From Squalus acanthias (taxonomy: Eukaryota): a stretch of 64,000 nt of DNA. The notes beneath the pieces were generated by a model that saw only the letters and a list, made by a program, of their open reading frames with translations, did not search any database and was not told where the DNA came from. The number at the start of each line of letters is the position of its first letter. The first letter of the stretch is position 1. Position numbers and translations under genes: made by a program. This document shows positions 1-11,800 of this stretch, piece after piece. The stretch spans positions 62,001 through 126,000 of the forward strand of contig JASTWF010000346.1 of assembly GCA_030390025.1 (NCBI GenBank). Direction: 5' to 3'.

Positions 1-601
1 TGACATGGAGGAAGATGGCGACTCGGTGGGCACCAGGGACAATTTAGAGTCCATCGCCAGTGAGGCAGTGGATTCCCTAGTGCCCCCGACCAAGTCCCCC
101 ATCATCCCCATTGAGGAACTCCAGGAATTTCTTGGAAGTAACTGTTATCGCTGCAACAGGTATAGCTGGCCATCGACCATTGGTCAGAGCTGGCGTTGCT
201 CATCCAGTCCATCTGCACGCCATCAAAACCTTGGCCGCGGGCGAGGATGTTGACTGGGGTGGGCTGTGCTGGGCTCCTGAGGGAGTTGAGGTCAGGTAGT
301 GGCCCCACTTCCCCATCATATTATTGGTGTTTTGGCCAAGGTTGCACTCTGCTTTTGTCATGAAGATAGCCATAGCCAGCCTCAACATTAATGGCAGCAC
401 AGAGGCCTGCCACAGATGCAACAACTTTTTAGTTCTTTGGGAAGGGAAGTATGTGGTGTGCATCCTGCAGGAAACCCACGCCATTCCGGGAGACAAATCC
501 AAATGGATCCTGGAGTGGGGTCTACATAAATCACCTCGCCACGTCTTCAAGCAGGGAGGTTATCTTGTTGGCCCCACATTTTCAGTTTTATATCTTGGGG
601 G
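1..601 (+). mobile_element. Tx1-clade LINE, end of ORF1 and start of ORF2 endonuclease (left part, split by hAT insertion)
   Basis: ATG 360 gives MKIAIASLNING...CILQETH, an APE endonuclease N-terminus; continues after 6878. Confidence 0.8.
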
Positions 602-984
602 CACTGTTGCCTCTAAGGTGCACGGGTGCGTGCGCACTAAACCCGAGCTCATGCGCAGTTGATTTGAAATGCCGCACAGAGAACTGGACAGCAACTGGAG
701 TGGGAGAGGGGCCAATACACAATGGCCCCGGGAATCCAGACAGACTCGTTTGTGAGTCTTGTGACCTCAGAGCCAATCGCAATTGCAGCTCTTGAAGTGT
801 GTGTTCTGATGGTTGATGGGTTGCTGTGTAACGCCGGATTTGGTTTTCTCCCTTGAACTTTGAGCGGGACAGCGTATACCGGAGCCGCGCATGCGCAGTA
901 TCCAGTTGGACCACGCTTTCATCGGCTCCATGCAGAGGTCAGGGGATCCATTCGTGGCAGGTGGGGTGAAGATCAAGGATCAAA

Positions 985-1900
985 ATGGGAGAGAGAGGGA
1001 ATCGGAGGATGGAGACTGAGGTAGAGGGGGAGGGAGACTAGGGGAGAGGGAGAGACTGGGGGAGAGGGGGAGGGAGACTGGGGGAGAGACAGAGAGAGAC
1101 TGGGGGGAGAGAGAGAGAACGTAAGAACATAAGAAATAGGAGTAGGAGCAGGCCATTTGGCCCCTCGAGCCTGCTCCGCCATTCAATAAGATCATGGCTG
1201 ATCTTCTACCTCAACTCCACTTTCCTGCACTATCCCCATATCCCTTGATTCCCTTAATATCTAAAAATATATCGATCTCTGTCTTGAATATACTCAATGA
1301 CTGAGCCTCCACAGCCCTCTGGGGTAGAGAATTTCAAAGATTCACCACCCTCTGAGTGAAGAAATTTCTCCTTATCTCAGTCCTACTGGGAGAGAGAGAG
1401 ACTGGGGAGAGAGACAGGGAGAGAGAGAGAGAGACAGGGGGGGAGAGAGAGACTGGGGGGAAAGAGAGAGAGAGACTGGGGGGAGAGAGACTGGGGAGAG
1501 AGAGAGACTGGGGAGAGAGTGAGACTGGGGAGAGAGAGAGAGAGACTGGGAGAGAGAGAGAGACTGGGGAGAGAGAGAGACTGGGGAGAGAGAGAGAGAC
1601 TGGGGGGAGAGAGAGAGAGACTAGGGAGAGAGAGAGACTGGGGAGAGAGAGAGAGACTGGGGAGAGAGAGAGAGACTGGGGAGAGAGAGACTGGGAGAGA
1701 GAGAGAGAGACTGGGAGAGAGAGAGACTGGGCGAGAGAGAGAGAGACTGGGAGAGAGAGACTGGGAGAGAGAGAGAGAGACAGGGAGAGAGAGAGAGAGA
1801 CTGGGGAGAGAGAGAGACTGGGGAGAGAGAGAGACTGGGGGAGAGAGAGAGAATGAGACTTGGGGAACAGAGAGGGACAGAGAGAGAGGGACAGAGAGTG
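985..1900. repeat. Purine-rich (GA)n/ACTGGGG compound tandem repeat
   Basis: Repeated GAGAGACTGGGGAGA units; explains the low-complexity ORFs here. Confidence 0.95.
1115..1385 (-). mobile_element. CR1 LINE 3' end fragment inside the GA repeat
   Basis: (TTCTTATG)n tail, 3' stem-loop and [12 protein letters not shown] coding tail. Confidence 0.9.
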
Positions 1901-2037
1901 GGGTAAGGTTCCAGACGCGTGTAGTCGTTCCCAGGGACTGAGCAGCGGTCGTACTTTGGAACAACACAGGTGGAGGCGTAGCACATGTGCAATGGCCGCT
2001 GGAAAGAGGCTAAAGCAAACAAGTTTTAGGTGGTTTG

Positions 2038-3681
2038 TGTCAGCTTCACCTCTGACTTCTGAGCGGTTCGAATCGCTCCCACTCCCTTGGTTCTAGACCT
2101 TGGACTTATTTGGGGGTTGTGATAAAAAGGTGCAGCAGACAATTGAGTTTGATGAAAGAACTTCAATCTTTATTAAAAGGTAAAAACACAATAATAACAC
2201 TCTTAACACTCTAAAGGTGGGGAACACTTTGGTACAAGCGAGGGAAATGACAGTACAGCAAAACTTCACCCCTCCCAACCCCACTTTACTAGCTAAGTTA
2301 GGCTTTGAAGGACCAGGGATAATGCTCACCAATCCTTTGACAGTTGGGGTTCGTTGTTTATGGCGGTTCGTGTCTGCCGTACCCCGTACGCGGTAGAGGA
2401 CTTCACCTGCGTCTCTGGTCAGTCTTCGCGAGTCCGCTGATGTGGTAGGGTGCGTTTTGGATCTATCAGGTGAGTACCCAATTTCCTTTGGTTAGAAGTA
2501 GGGTTTAGAGTTTTTTGGTAGAAATCTTACCCAAGGGTAAGTCAGGAGTAGTTTGTAGAGTGGAAACTTTGCGGTTCTTCGGGTTTTCTTCCTTTGAGTT
2601 GGTCTTTGTTGGTCGCAGTGGCCTGCTATTACCCGGTCAGTTGGGGGTAATATGCGGTTGTTGGTTTCGTGAGGCCTTTGGTTTCCGCGATGGCTTTAGG
2701 CCTTGTCTGGCGTGTCGGTCGACCTTGTGGAGCCATCGGTTGCTTGTTGCTCCGGGTGACTCTGTTGGGACCATTGTTGGAGGTCTGTCGAGGTGTTGTC
2801 TTCACGGGCTGGACTCAGGTGTGTCTGAGTGGTGAGCGATGCCGACTCGCTTCCAGCTCGACTTGGGTCTGTGATGTTGCTCCTTGTCCCCACACTCGGC
2901 TGTGTGTGTGATGCTGGTGACCCGCTTGTCTCGACTCATCTCCGTACTGGTGTGTTGTAGAGTAATGTCTTCCTTGTGATAGGCCTTTCAATTATACTAA
3001 ATTGAAGTGGTCTTATCAGCCCACCAAATCTGCTCAGTTCCTTGTCTGGTTTTGGCGGGCCCGTTAACGATAACGACTTTACTAGCGTGTTAACTGGTTT
3101 TTAACAGGCCTTCAATCTCACCCATTGAACATGGCCTTATCTACCCGCCAAATCTGCTCAGCTCATTGTCTGATTTTTGGCGGGCCTGTTACCAGTAACT
3201 GCTCTGTAAGTGTCTAATGGCTTTTTGGGATGGCTTGCATCCTGTCGATCACTGGTGATTAGTTTTGTGTTTTGGTTTCCTAGACTAGGCCCAGGTTTTC
3301 TATGGGATGAACCTGATTGATTTGTATTATACATGTTTCTGATGGGTCCTGCGATCGGTTTTTGATGGGGTCTGTCTTTTGGGTGGGACTGTCCTTTTCC
3401 AAGGTCTATTGTCCAAATGTTAATGTCTGCTGGGCTTTGAGTGAGGTCATCCCGGTTCCCCAGACAGTGTAATTAACTGCAATACCCAAACTGCTTTTAC
3501 AGAGGTTGACCCCACCTCTTTGTCCCTTTACAGGCCCAGACATGTTTTTAAAATGCCAAAACTTGGTTTTTGGTTTTAAATTCCTTATGTTAGGCCCAAA
3601 TGCATTTTTATCACTCTGAGGTAGTTCCAAAGTCCTTTTTCCTTAGGTTTTTGGGGATCTGCAAATTTTGGAAACCTTACA
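2038..3681 (-). mobile_element. Probable long LTR of an ERV/LTR retrotransposon, with possible internal sequence to ~4390
   Basis: TG...CA ends on the - strand (TGTAAG...GCTGACA), AATAAA at 2169-2174, a duplicated ~125-bp block at 2980-3230, a G-run next to the 5' end, and motif similarity to the other LTRs in the window. No TSD found. Confidence 0.6.
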
Positions 3682-4778
3682 AGGCCCCCGGTGAAACAAA
3701 AATGAGAATTAAAAAAAAAAAATTCAGAGAATTGTTTAAAGCCAGAAAAACATAGGGGAAAGTGATGTTGAATGTCCCGCGGTCAGTTCCAGTTAAATTT
3801 TGCCAGGTGTTGTCCCCTTTTAGAAAGAGTCCATCAGGGTTATTTAAATCATGTTCTGAGAGAGGGGGAAAAGTTTGTGCCACTGTTTGTACCTCAGAGT
3901 CTGTGAGAGACGGAGGGAATGGCAGCAGAAAAAGAGGAGACAACTTCCCCAAGAATGAACTCAAATCATCGCCAAGGCTGGGGATAGAAAACATCACCGC
4001 CTCCTTAGGAAGTTTAACCACTTTATTCACTTTCTCATTTGAGCTCCATTTGGAATTAGAGTTTATTTTATTATTTTTTGTTGTATGTTTAACGACAGCA
4101 TTGAAGAGGGAAAGAGAAACTTGGAGCAACTTCTGTCAAAGCTGCAACAAGACTTAAAAGAATTTAAAGATTTTTAATGAACTTTTCACAAAAAATGAGT
4201 CTTCAAAACACTTTTTCCCCCTAAGTTTCAAATATGATTTTGGAAGAAACAGAAACAAAAATCAATTTTCCCCTTATCGAGGTCTTGAAGTCCAAACGCT
4301 GTTAAAGAGGGTCTGAAATGCTTAAAACATTTTAAAATTGAAATTTCTCAATATTTGATTTTGAACGATCGACTGAAGTGAGTAGCTTTACACAAACATG
4401 CAACCATGCTGTTGAGGAGGGGGAGGGCGGGAAGGATTTGTAGGAGTTAAATATTACTTTTTATTGACTTTTCAAAAAATATCATTAAGACATTTAGGAA
4501 GAGAAGCAAAAAAGGGGAAAAACACAAATTTATTTTGTCTGTCGTTGTATAGTCCTAACAAATCCCAGGAATAATGTAAATATAGATTTCCTCTTAAATG
4601 TTTAGTGGAGTGTTAATAGAAACACGAGTTATGTAATGATGTATAAAAATTGCAGGAAGATACTTTAGAAGAAATTACTATTTATTTATTGAGAAAGAAA
4701 CAGAAAATACTTTGATTAAACTGATAATGTACAATTTTGATTTGGTATAAATGTTTGAAGTTGGAGATTAAAAATTGA

Positions 4779-5576
4779 GGGCGTGAAATTCAGTTACGCC
4801 CCGTTTAGGGGCGGTAACTGAGTTAAGGCCGGATATTTAGCGCCCGGCGTGGAAGTACCGCCCCGGCCGCTAAATTCGGATTACCGCCCAGCACAGAAAG
4901 TGGAGTACAACCTTGGGCACGCCACTTCCTGGGTGGGGTGGTAACCGAGCTGATGTCAGGGAGCAATCGGCAGCACTCCGCGGAGCGCTGCCATGTTTCA
5001 ACGCCCCTCCCCATCAGTTAAAGGGGAGGGCCATTGCGTACACTGCAGGGCCTCCGATGGCCCATACTAGGCCACCAGTGCGGCGTGGTGCCATGGGAGC
5101 AGCCCGACGCCGAGATGCGGTGCCGGGCTGTGCGATGGCAGCCAGGACCATGCCACAGCTCACCACGGAGGGCTGACCTGGTGGTCAGCCAAAAATAGAA
5201 AATGGCAGCATGGGTCGCAGACGCACCTCCCCTTTAAATACTGCCCTGTGAGCGGAGGTTGGCCTGGTTCGCGACCTGAGAGGCTGGTGCTGACACCACC
5301 CACGGCAGCCTCCCGGGGCATAGCCGAATTTCTGCCGCGGGGCGCGAAGGGGTCGGGGTGCATGACAATGACATCATCGCCAGCATCGCAGCGGGACGGG
5401 GTGCTACCGGCGGGGGCGCGGCCCTATCGGGTAGCGCCTCAGCAACACTCCGCCGAATTTCTCGGGAGGCGCTTTTTCCCCCCCGGCCAGGCGATAAGCC
5501 CTTTGCGCTCTATTAGCGCCACCCCCCGCCTCCAGAGACGCTAACAGCAGGTGCAAAGGAGCCGAATTTCTATCCC
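4779..5576. mobile_element. PIF/Harbinger-type MITE (GC-rich)
   Basis: TIRs GGGCGTGAAATTC / GAATTTCTATCCC; 3-bp TSD TGA; subterminal TAGCGCC motifs. Confidence 0.85.
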
Positions 5577-6404
5577 TGAGAGTACAATGAAATTTGTTTC
5601 CCACTATTTAATTGGGAAATACCTAAAATAATTCAACACTTTTCGTGATAAGAACAGGGATTAATATTGTGGAGAATGTTTGAGAGAAAAACATTAGAAG
5701 TGAAATTCATAAATTAACATCTTTACATCAACATATTAGTAAACATTTCCACGTCAATCAGATTGGTTCTCCTGTCCAGGAAGAAAGATTAATGTTTATT
5801 TCTGTTAAATCATAGCTTTTCCTGCTTTTTGTTTTTAATTCGGTGACGCAAATTGTGTATGTGTTTTTCTGCACTTGTGACTAAGTGCTGCATTTCTGAC
5901 ATGTTACATGTGGGGTGTGCTGGTTCAAGAAGACAGCGTTTATTAATGGAAGTGATTAAAGTTGGAAATACGGATACCCGGTTTTTTTCAATTCTTTTTA
6001 ATACAGTGAACTAAAGAACTACAGCACTTTATATTTGTTGGTTGTCTGGTTTCATTGTGATTAATATTCTAATAGCGTATCTGGACGTACAGCACGTCAG
6101 CGCCATGGGAAAGCCGCTGCTCCTGCTGCTTGTGCAGCCATTGCTATAGTGACATGAAGGATGGGCTAACACGTTGAAAACTTTAAAATTAATACAAATT
6201 GCACGAATAGATATGCCTCTTTCAGCTCACCTTAGGCTTTTGGATTGTTTGTCGATGCATAACGGTGTAACTGAGTGATGTTTCTGAAGTATTAATGCAT
6301 TATTATGCAGTTCTTTTATATCCCAGTCATTTCTGACAAGTAATTTTTTATTAAATAGAGTTTGTACATGATGAACTAAAAGCTGTTAATTCATTCTACT
6401 GTAA

Positions 6405-6690
6405 ACAAACTTGCAGCATGGGCATGTAAATGACAAATGAATTTCAATATAGATAAGTGTGAGGCGGTGCATTTTGGTAGGAGGAATAAGGAGGCTACCT
6501 ACTCCTTGGAAAATAAGAGTCTAAATGGAGTAGAGGTGCAAAGGGATCGAGGGGTACAGATTCACAAATCATTAAAAGTAGCAATGCAGGTTAAAAAAGC
6601 CATAAAAGTGCAAATAAAGTACTGGGCCTCTTTTCTAGAGGAATAGAATTCAAAAGCAGAGACGTTATGTTAAACTTGTATAGAACCTTG
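6405..6690 (+). mobile_element. CR1 ORF2 fragment
   Basis: MNFNIDKCEAVHFGRRN motif. Confidence 0.8.
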
Positions 6691-6878
6691 TCTGATTGTC
6701 TCATGATTGAGACGGTGGGATGGCAATATGGCATTACCGGATATAAGCTTTTAAGTGGTTGCTGTTGCTGTCGTTGTTGTAAAAGTTGTTGTTGTTGTTT
6801 TGGATGAAAAGGTCGCGCTCAATGGAGTTAGTGGCCTGCTCAGTACAAAAAAAAATTAGAGGGAACATTGCTTGGGGG

Positions 6879-8460
6879 TCAGGGATCCGGTGTCAGGCCG
6901 TTTGCTCCATCTCACCATTCACCTTGGGGACATGCCACTTCACTTGTTGAACGTGTAAGCTACCCAGGCAAGTGTGCTTCTTTGAAGAAGTGTCCACTTA
7001 ACTCTACTCCATCAAAGCTGGTGAATGTATAATCCTCGGGGGGAGCTTTAACTGTACCCTCGAGGTCTGGGACCGCTCTGGTCTTCCGCAGATCCTGTCA
7101 TCAATGAAGAAGCTGAGGGATCTTGTCCGGTGACTCAAATTGGTGGATGTCTGGTGAAATCTCCATCCAACTCCATCTCCACTTTTGTAGGGACTGGAGG
7201 AGCAAGCACCAGAATTGACCACCATTACATTACCCGGATGTACCTCTCCTGCGTTCCAGCATCTTCCATGGAGCTGGTGCCGTGCTCAGGCCACCACCTG
7301 CTGTGGAAGGAGCTTGTTCTACTCCACGTATGGGTGGGATCTGCATCCTGGCACTTCAACACCCTGCTGCTGGAGGATGAGCGGTTCTGGGAGTCGTTCT
7401 CTCACTTCACGTGGGACCATTGGAGAAGGAAGAAGGGAGGCTTCTCCTGCTTGAGGCAGGGGTTGAGTAAGAGGCAGGAGTCTGAGATCAGGTGGTTGGA
7501 GAAGGAGGTGCTTCATTTTCCTAGATTGCTGGAAAGGACTGCTCCGAGTGTGTCCTACAGGGGTCGAGTGCTGGTCATAAACCAACTGGTAGCTGCTATG
7601 TTATGGTACCGGTTGGTCACTTTCAGAGGAAGCTCGTCGACTTCTGGGACAAAAGGAAGCATTGGGTCACCGCTGCAGTTCTGAGTCTCCCACTTAGGGA
7701 GGGCAGTCAGATGCTGGTGTGCATTCGCACCCAAGTAGCAACTTTCTGCCTTTAGAGCCTGCAGCGATACCGGTACGCGAGGATCCTCCTAGATGGTCTG
7801 TGCTGGCGACATATTTGTTCTGCCAGTTACACGGCCTGAATTATGATATGCAGCTCCTGTTCGTTAAGTTGCTGGATATCTGTGCGTCCTTGCAGGAGGG
7901 GCCTGTCTTTTACCGGGATCTGATCAGGATCTGGAATATGGTTGCCTTCAGCCAGATTTCTCTCCCATCAGGATCAGTGACCATCTTATGGGAGCCGCTG
8001 CACAGGAATCCGCACCTCCGAGTGATCAGTTTCAGTGACACGTGGCCGATGGAGAGGAGGGCTCTGGATGCGAAGATAATCAGAGTCATGGACGCATTGG
8101 ATGGTGGAGAGCGGCTGGCTGTTGCCAGAGGCGTTGGCAGAATGGGTGTCATGACATTACATCCGGCCCGAGACCAAAGCCATCAAGGTGGTAATAGTTC
8201 CACTCAGCCCGGACGCCACTCGGTGTGTCGAGGAGGCTCAAGCATGTCCGAGCTGACCTGTGTTCAGACAGAATTTTTCATCGGCGCGAGGCCCCAAAAC
8301 CTCCCTCGGGAGACTACGCCTCAGAACTTGAGCCATCTCTCGTAAATTCCCTCCATGCCATTCCATGAGGATCTAGGGTGGAGACTGTTGCATGGAGCAG
8401 TGCCAACAAATCATTTTTAAGTCACTTCACGGACTCCCAGGCTGCCTGTAACATAGGGAA
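6879..8460 (+). mobile_element. Tx1-clade LINE ORF2, decayed and internally deleted (right part)
   Basis: Endonuclease remainder, then SYRGRVLVINQLVAAMLWYRLVT, which matches the Tx1 copy at 48294-50318. Confidence 0.8.
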
Positions 8461-8780
8461 AAGTAGGCAAGTTGTCCTATTTGGGGAGTACTAGGAGCTA
8501 AATTAAAGAACAGGACCTCAAGGGTTATAATCTCTGGATTATTACCTGAGCCACGTGCAAATTGGCGAAGGGATAAGCAGCTTAGGGAGGTGAACATGTG
8601 CTGAAGGAGTGGTGTAGAAAGGAGGGCTTCCATTTCATGGGGCACTGGCAACAGTATTGGGACAGAAAGGAAGTGTACCATTGGTATGGGCTCCACCTGA
8701 ATCGGGCTGGGACCAGGGTCCTAGCAGACCCTGTTCTTATGTTCTTATAAATATGGCGGTCACAAGGGTTTTAAACTAGT
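8460..8780 (+). mobile_element. CR1 ORF1 (SGNH-esterase-like) fragment
   Basis: RTSRVIISGLLPEPRA and GLHLNRAGT motifs, ending at the GGGTTTTAAACTAG inter-ORF motif. Confidence 0.7.
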
Positions 8781-8897
8781 AAATGGGGATTGCTGGGGGG
8801 GGTGGGGGTTTAGGGGGAGGTGAGTGAGGGGTGCGGTGGGCTCAGGTGGAAAATTTCGTATAAATAATAGTTCAAAAACAAACGAAAGGGAAGAAAG

Positions 8898-11800
8898 TAG
8901 AATCATAGAATGGTTACAGCACAGAAGGAGGCCATTCGGCCCATAAAGCCAATGCCAGCTCTCTGCAAGAGCACTTCAGCAAGTCCTACTCATCCACCCT
9001 TTCCCCATAGCCCTGCAAATTTTTCTCCTTCAGGTACTTATCCATTTCCCTTTTGAAAGCCACAATTAAATCTGCCTCCACCACCCTTTCAGGCAGTGCA
9101 TTCCAGATCCTAACCACTTGCTGCGTAAAAAAGTTTTTCCTCATGTCGCCTTTGGTTCTTCTGCCAATCACCTTAAATCTGTGTCCTCTGGTTCTCAACC
9201 CTTCCGCCAATGGGAACAGTTTCTCTCTATCTACTCTGTCCATCCCCTCATGATTTTGAACACCTCTATCAAATCTCCTCTCAGCCTTCCTTGCTCTAAG
9301 GAAAACAACCCCAGCTTCTCCAGTCTATCCACGTAACTGAAGTCCCTCATCACTGGAACCATTCTTGTAAATCTTTGCTGCACCCTCTCTAAGGCCTTCA
9401 CATCCTTCCTAAAGTGCCCATAATTGAGCACAACACTCCACTTGAGGCCGAACCAGTGTTTTATAAAGGTTCATCATAACTTCCTTGCTTTTCTACTCTA
9501 TACCTCTATTACAGAGGCATGGTCACAAGGTGGCCAAGGTTGGGAACTAAATGTTCCAGGGTACTTGACGTTTCGAAAAGACAGGCAGAATGGAAAAGGA
9601 ATGGGAGTAGCCCTGATAATAAAGGATGACATAAGGACAGTAGCGAGAAAGGATCTCGGCTCAGAAGATCAGGAAGTAGAATCAGTATGGGTGGAGATAA
9701 GGAATAACAAGGGGCAGAAAACATTAGTAGGAATAGTATATAGGCCCCCTAACAGTAGCTATACCATTGGACAGAATATTAATCAAGAAATAGTAGGAGC
9801 TTGCAACAAAGGTAATGCAATAATCTTGGGGGACTTTAATCTTCATATAGACTGGACAAATCAAATTGGCAAAGGTAGTCTGGAGGACGAGTTCATGGAA
9901 TGCATTCGGGACAATGTCCTAGAACAATATGTCATGGAACCAACCAAGGAACAGGCTATTTTAGATCTTGTATTGTGTAATGAGACAGGGTTAATTAGCA
10001 ATCTCATAGTGAAGGATCCTCTGGGGCAGAATGATCATAATATGATAGAATTTCACGTTAATTTTGAGAGTGACTTGCCTAAGTCCTAAACTAGAGTCTT
10101 AAACTTAAACAAAGTCAATTACATAGGTATGAGGGGCGAGTTGGCTAAGGTAGATTGGAAAAAAGGTATGGCGGTAGATAAGCAGTGGCTAGCATTTAAA
10201 GAAATATTTCATAATTCTCAACAAAAATACATTCAATCGAGAAACAAAAACTGCACGAGAAAAGTGGTCCAACCGTGGCTAACTAAAGAAGTTAAGGATA
10301 GCATTAGATTGAAAGAAGAAGCTTATAATGTTGCAAAGAATAATAGTAAGCCTGAGGATTGGGAGTTTCAGAAACCAGCAAAGGTTGACCAAAAAATTGA
10401 TAAAAACGGAAAAAATAAAATGAGAGAAAACTAGCAAGAAATATAAAAGCAGATTGTAAGAGTTTCTACAAGTATGTAAAAAGGAAAAGAGTGGCAAAAG
10501 TAAACATTGGTCCCTTAGAGGCTGACTCAGGAGAAATTATTATGGGGAACAAGGAAATGGCAGAAACGTTAAACAAATATTTTGTATCTGTCTTCACAGT
10601 AGAAGACACAAAATGTATACCAAAAATGGTGGGGAACCAAGGGTCTAATGAGGGTGAGGAACCTAATGCAATTAATATAAGTAGAGGAAAATTACTAGAG
10701 AAACTAATGGGACTAAAAGCCGACAAATCCCCTGGACCTGACGGCTTACATCCTAGGGTTCTAAAAGAGGTGGCTGAAGAGATAGTGGATGCGTTGGTTT
10801 TGATCTTCCAAAATTCCCTAGATTCCAGAATGGTCACAGTGGATTGGAAGGTCGCAAATGTAACACCGCTATTCAAGAAAAGAGGGAGAGTAAAAACAGG
10901 GAACTACAGGCCAGTTAGCCTGACATCAGTCATCGGGAAAATGCTGGAATCCATTGTTAAGGAAGTGGTATCAAGTCACTTAGAAAATCATAACATGATT
11001 AGGCAGAGTCAACATGGTTTTATGAAAGGGAAATCGTGTTTGACAAATTTATTAGAGTTTTTTGAGGATGTAACTAGCAGGGTAGATAAAGGGGAACCAG
11101 TGGCTGTAGTATATTTGGATTTCCAAAAGGCATTCGATAAGGTGCCACATAAAAGGTTATTACACAAGATTAGGGCTCATAGGGTTGAGGGTAATATAGT
11201 AGCATGGATAGAGGATTGGTTAATGGACAGAAAACAGAGAGTAGGGATAATCAGATCTTTTTCAGGTTGGCAGGCTGTAACTAGTGGGGTGCCGCAAGGA
11301 TTAGTGTTGGGGCCTCAGCTATTTACAATCTATATTAATGACCTAGATGAAGGGACCGAGTGCAATGTATCCAAGTTTGCTGATGATACAAAGCTAGGTG
11401 GGACAGTAAGCTGTGAGGAGAACACAAAGAGTCTGCAAAGGGATATAGATAGACTAAGTGAGTGGGCAGTAAGGTGGCAGATGTAATATAATGTAGGGAA
11501 ATGTGAGGTTATTCACTTTGGTAGGAAGAATAGAAAAACAGAATATTTTTTAAATGGTGAGAAATTTTCAAATGTTGGTGTTCAGAGAGATTCGGGTGTC
11601 CTCGTGCAAGAAACACAGAAAGCTAGCATGCAGGTACAGCAAGCAATAAGGAAGGCAAATGGCATGTTGGCCTTTATTGCAAGGGGGTAGGGGTATAAGA
11701 ATAAGGAAGTCTTGCTACAATTGTACAGGGCCTTGGTGAGACCACACCTGGAGTACTGTGCACAGTTTTGGTCTCCTTATCTAAGGAAGGATATACTTGC

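Larger units (their letters stand above)
602..6870. mobile_element. hAT-type non-autonomous DNA transposon containing nested insertions
   Basis: TIRs CACTGTTGCCTCTAA / TTAGAGGGAACATTG (13/15 match); perfect 8-bp TSD CTTGGGGG at 594-601 and 6871-6878; no transposase ORF seen. Confidence 0.88.

Noticed and set aside
1334..2022. Long SL/ER-rich ORFs
   Set aside because: Translations of the GA tandem repeat.
2033..4397. GTTTGTGT-AGCT inverted repeat at both ends suggesting a TIR element
   Set aside because: Short and imperfect with no TSD; the LTR interpretation explains more features.
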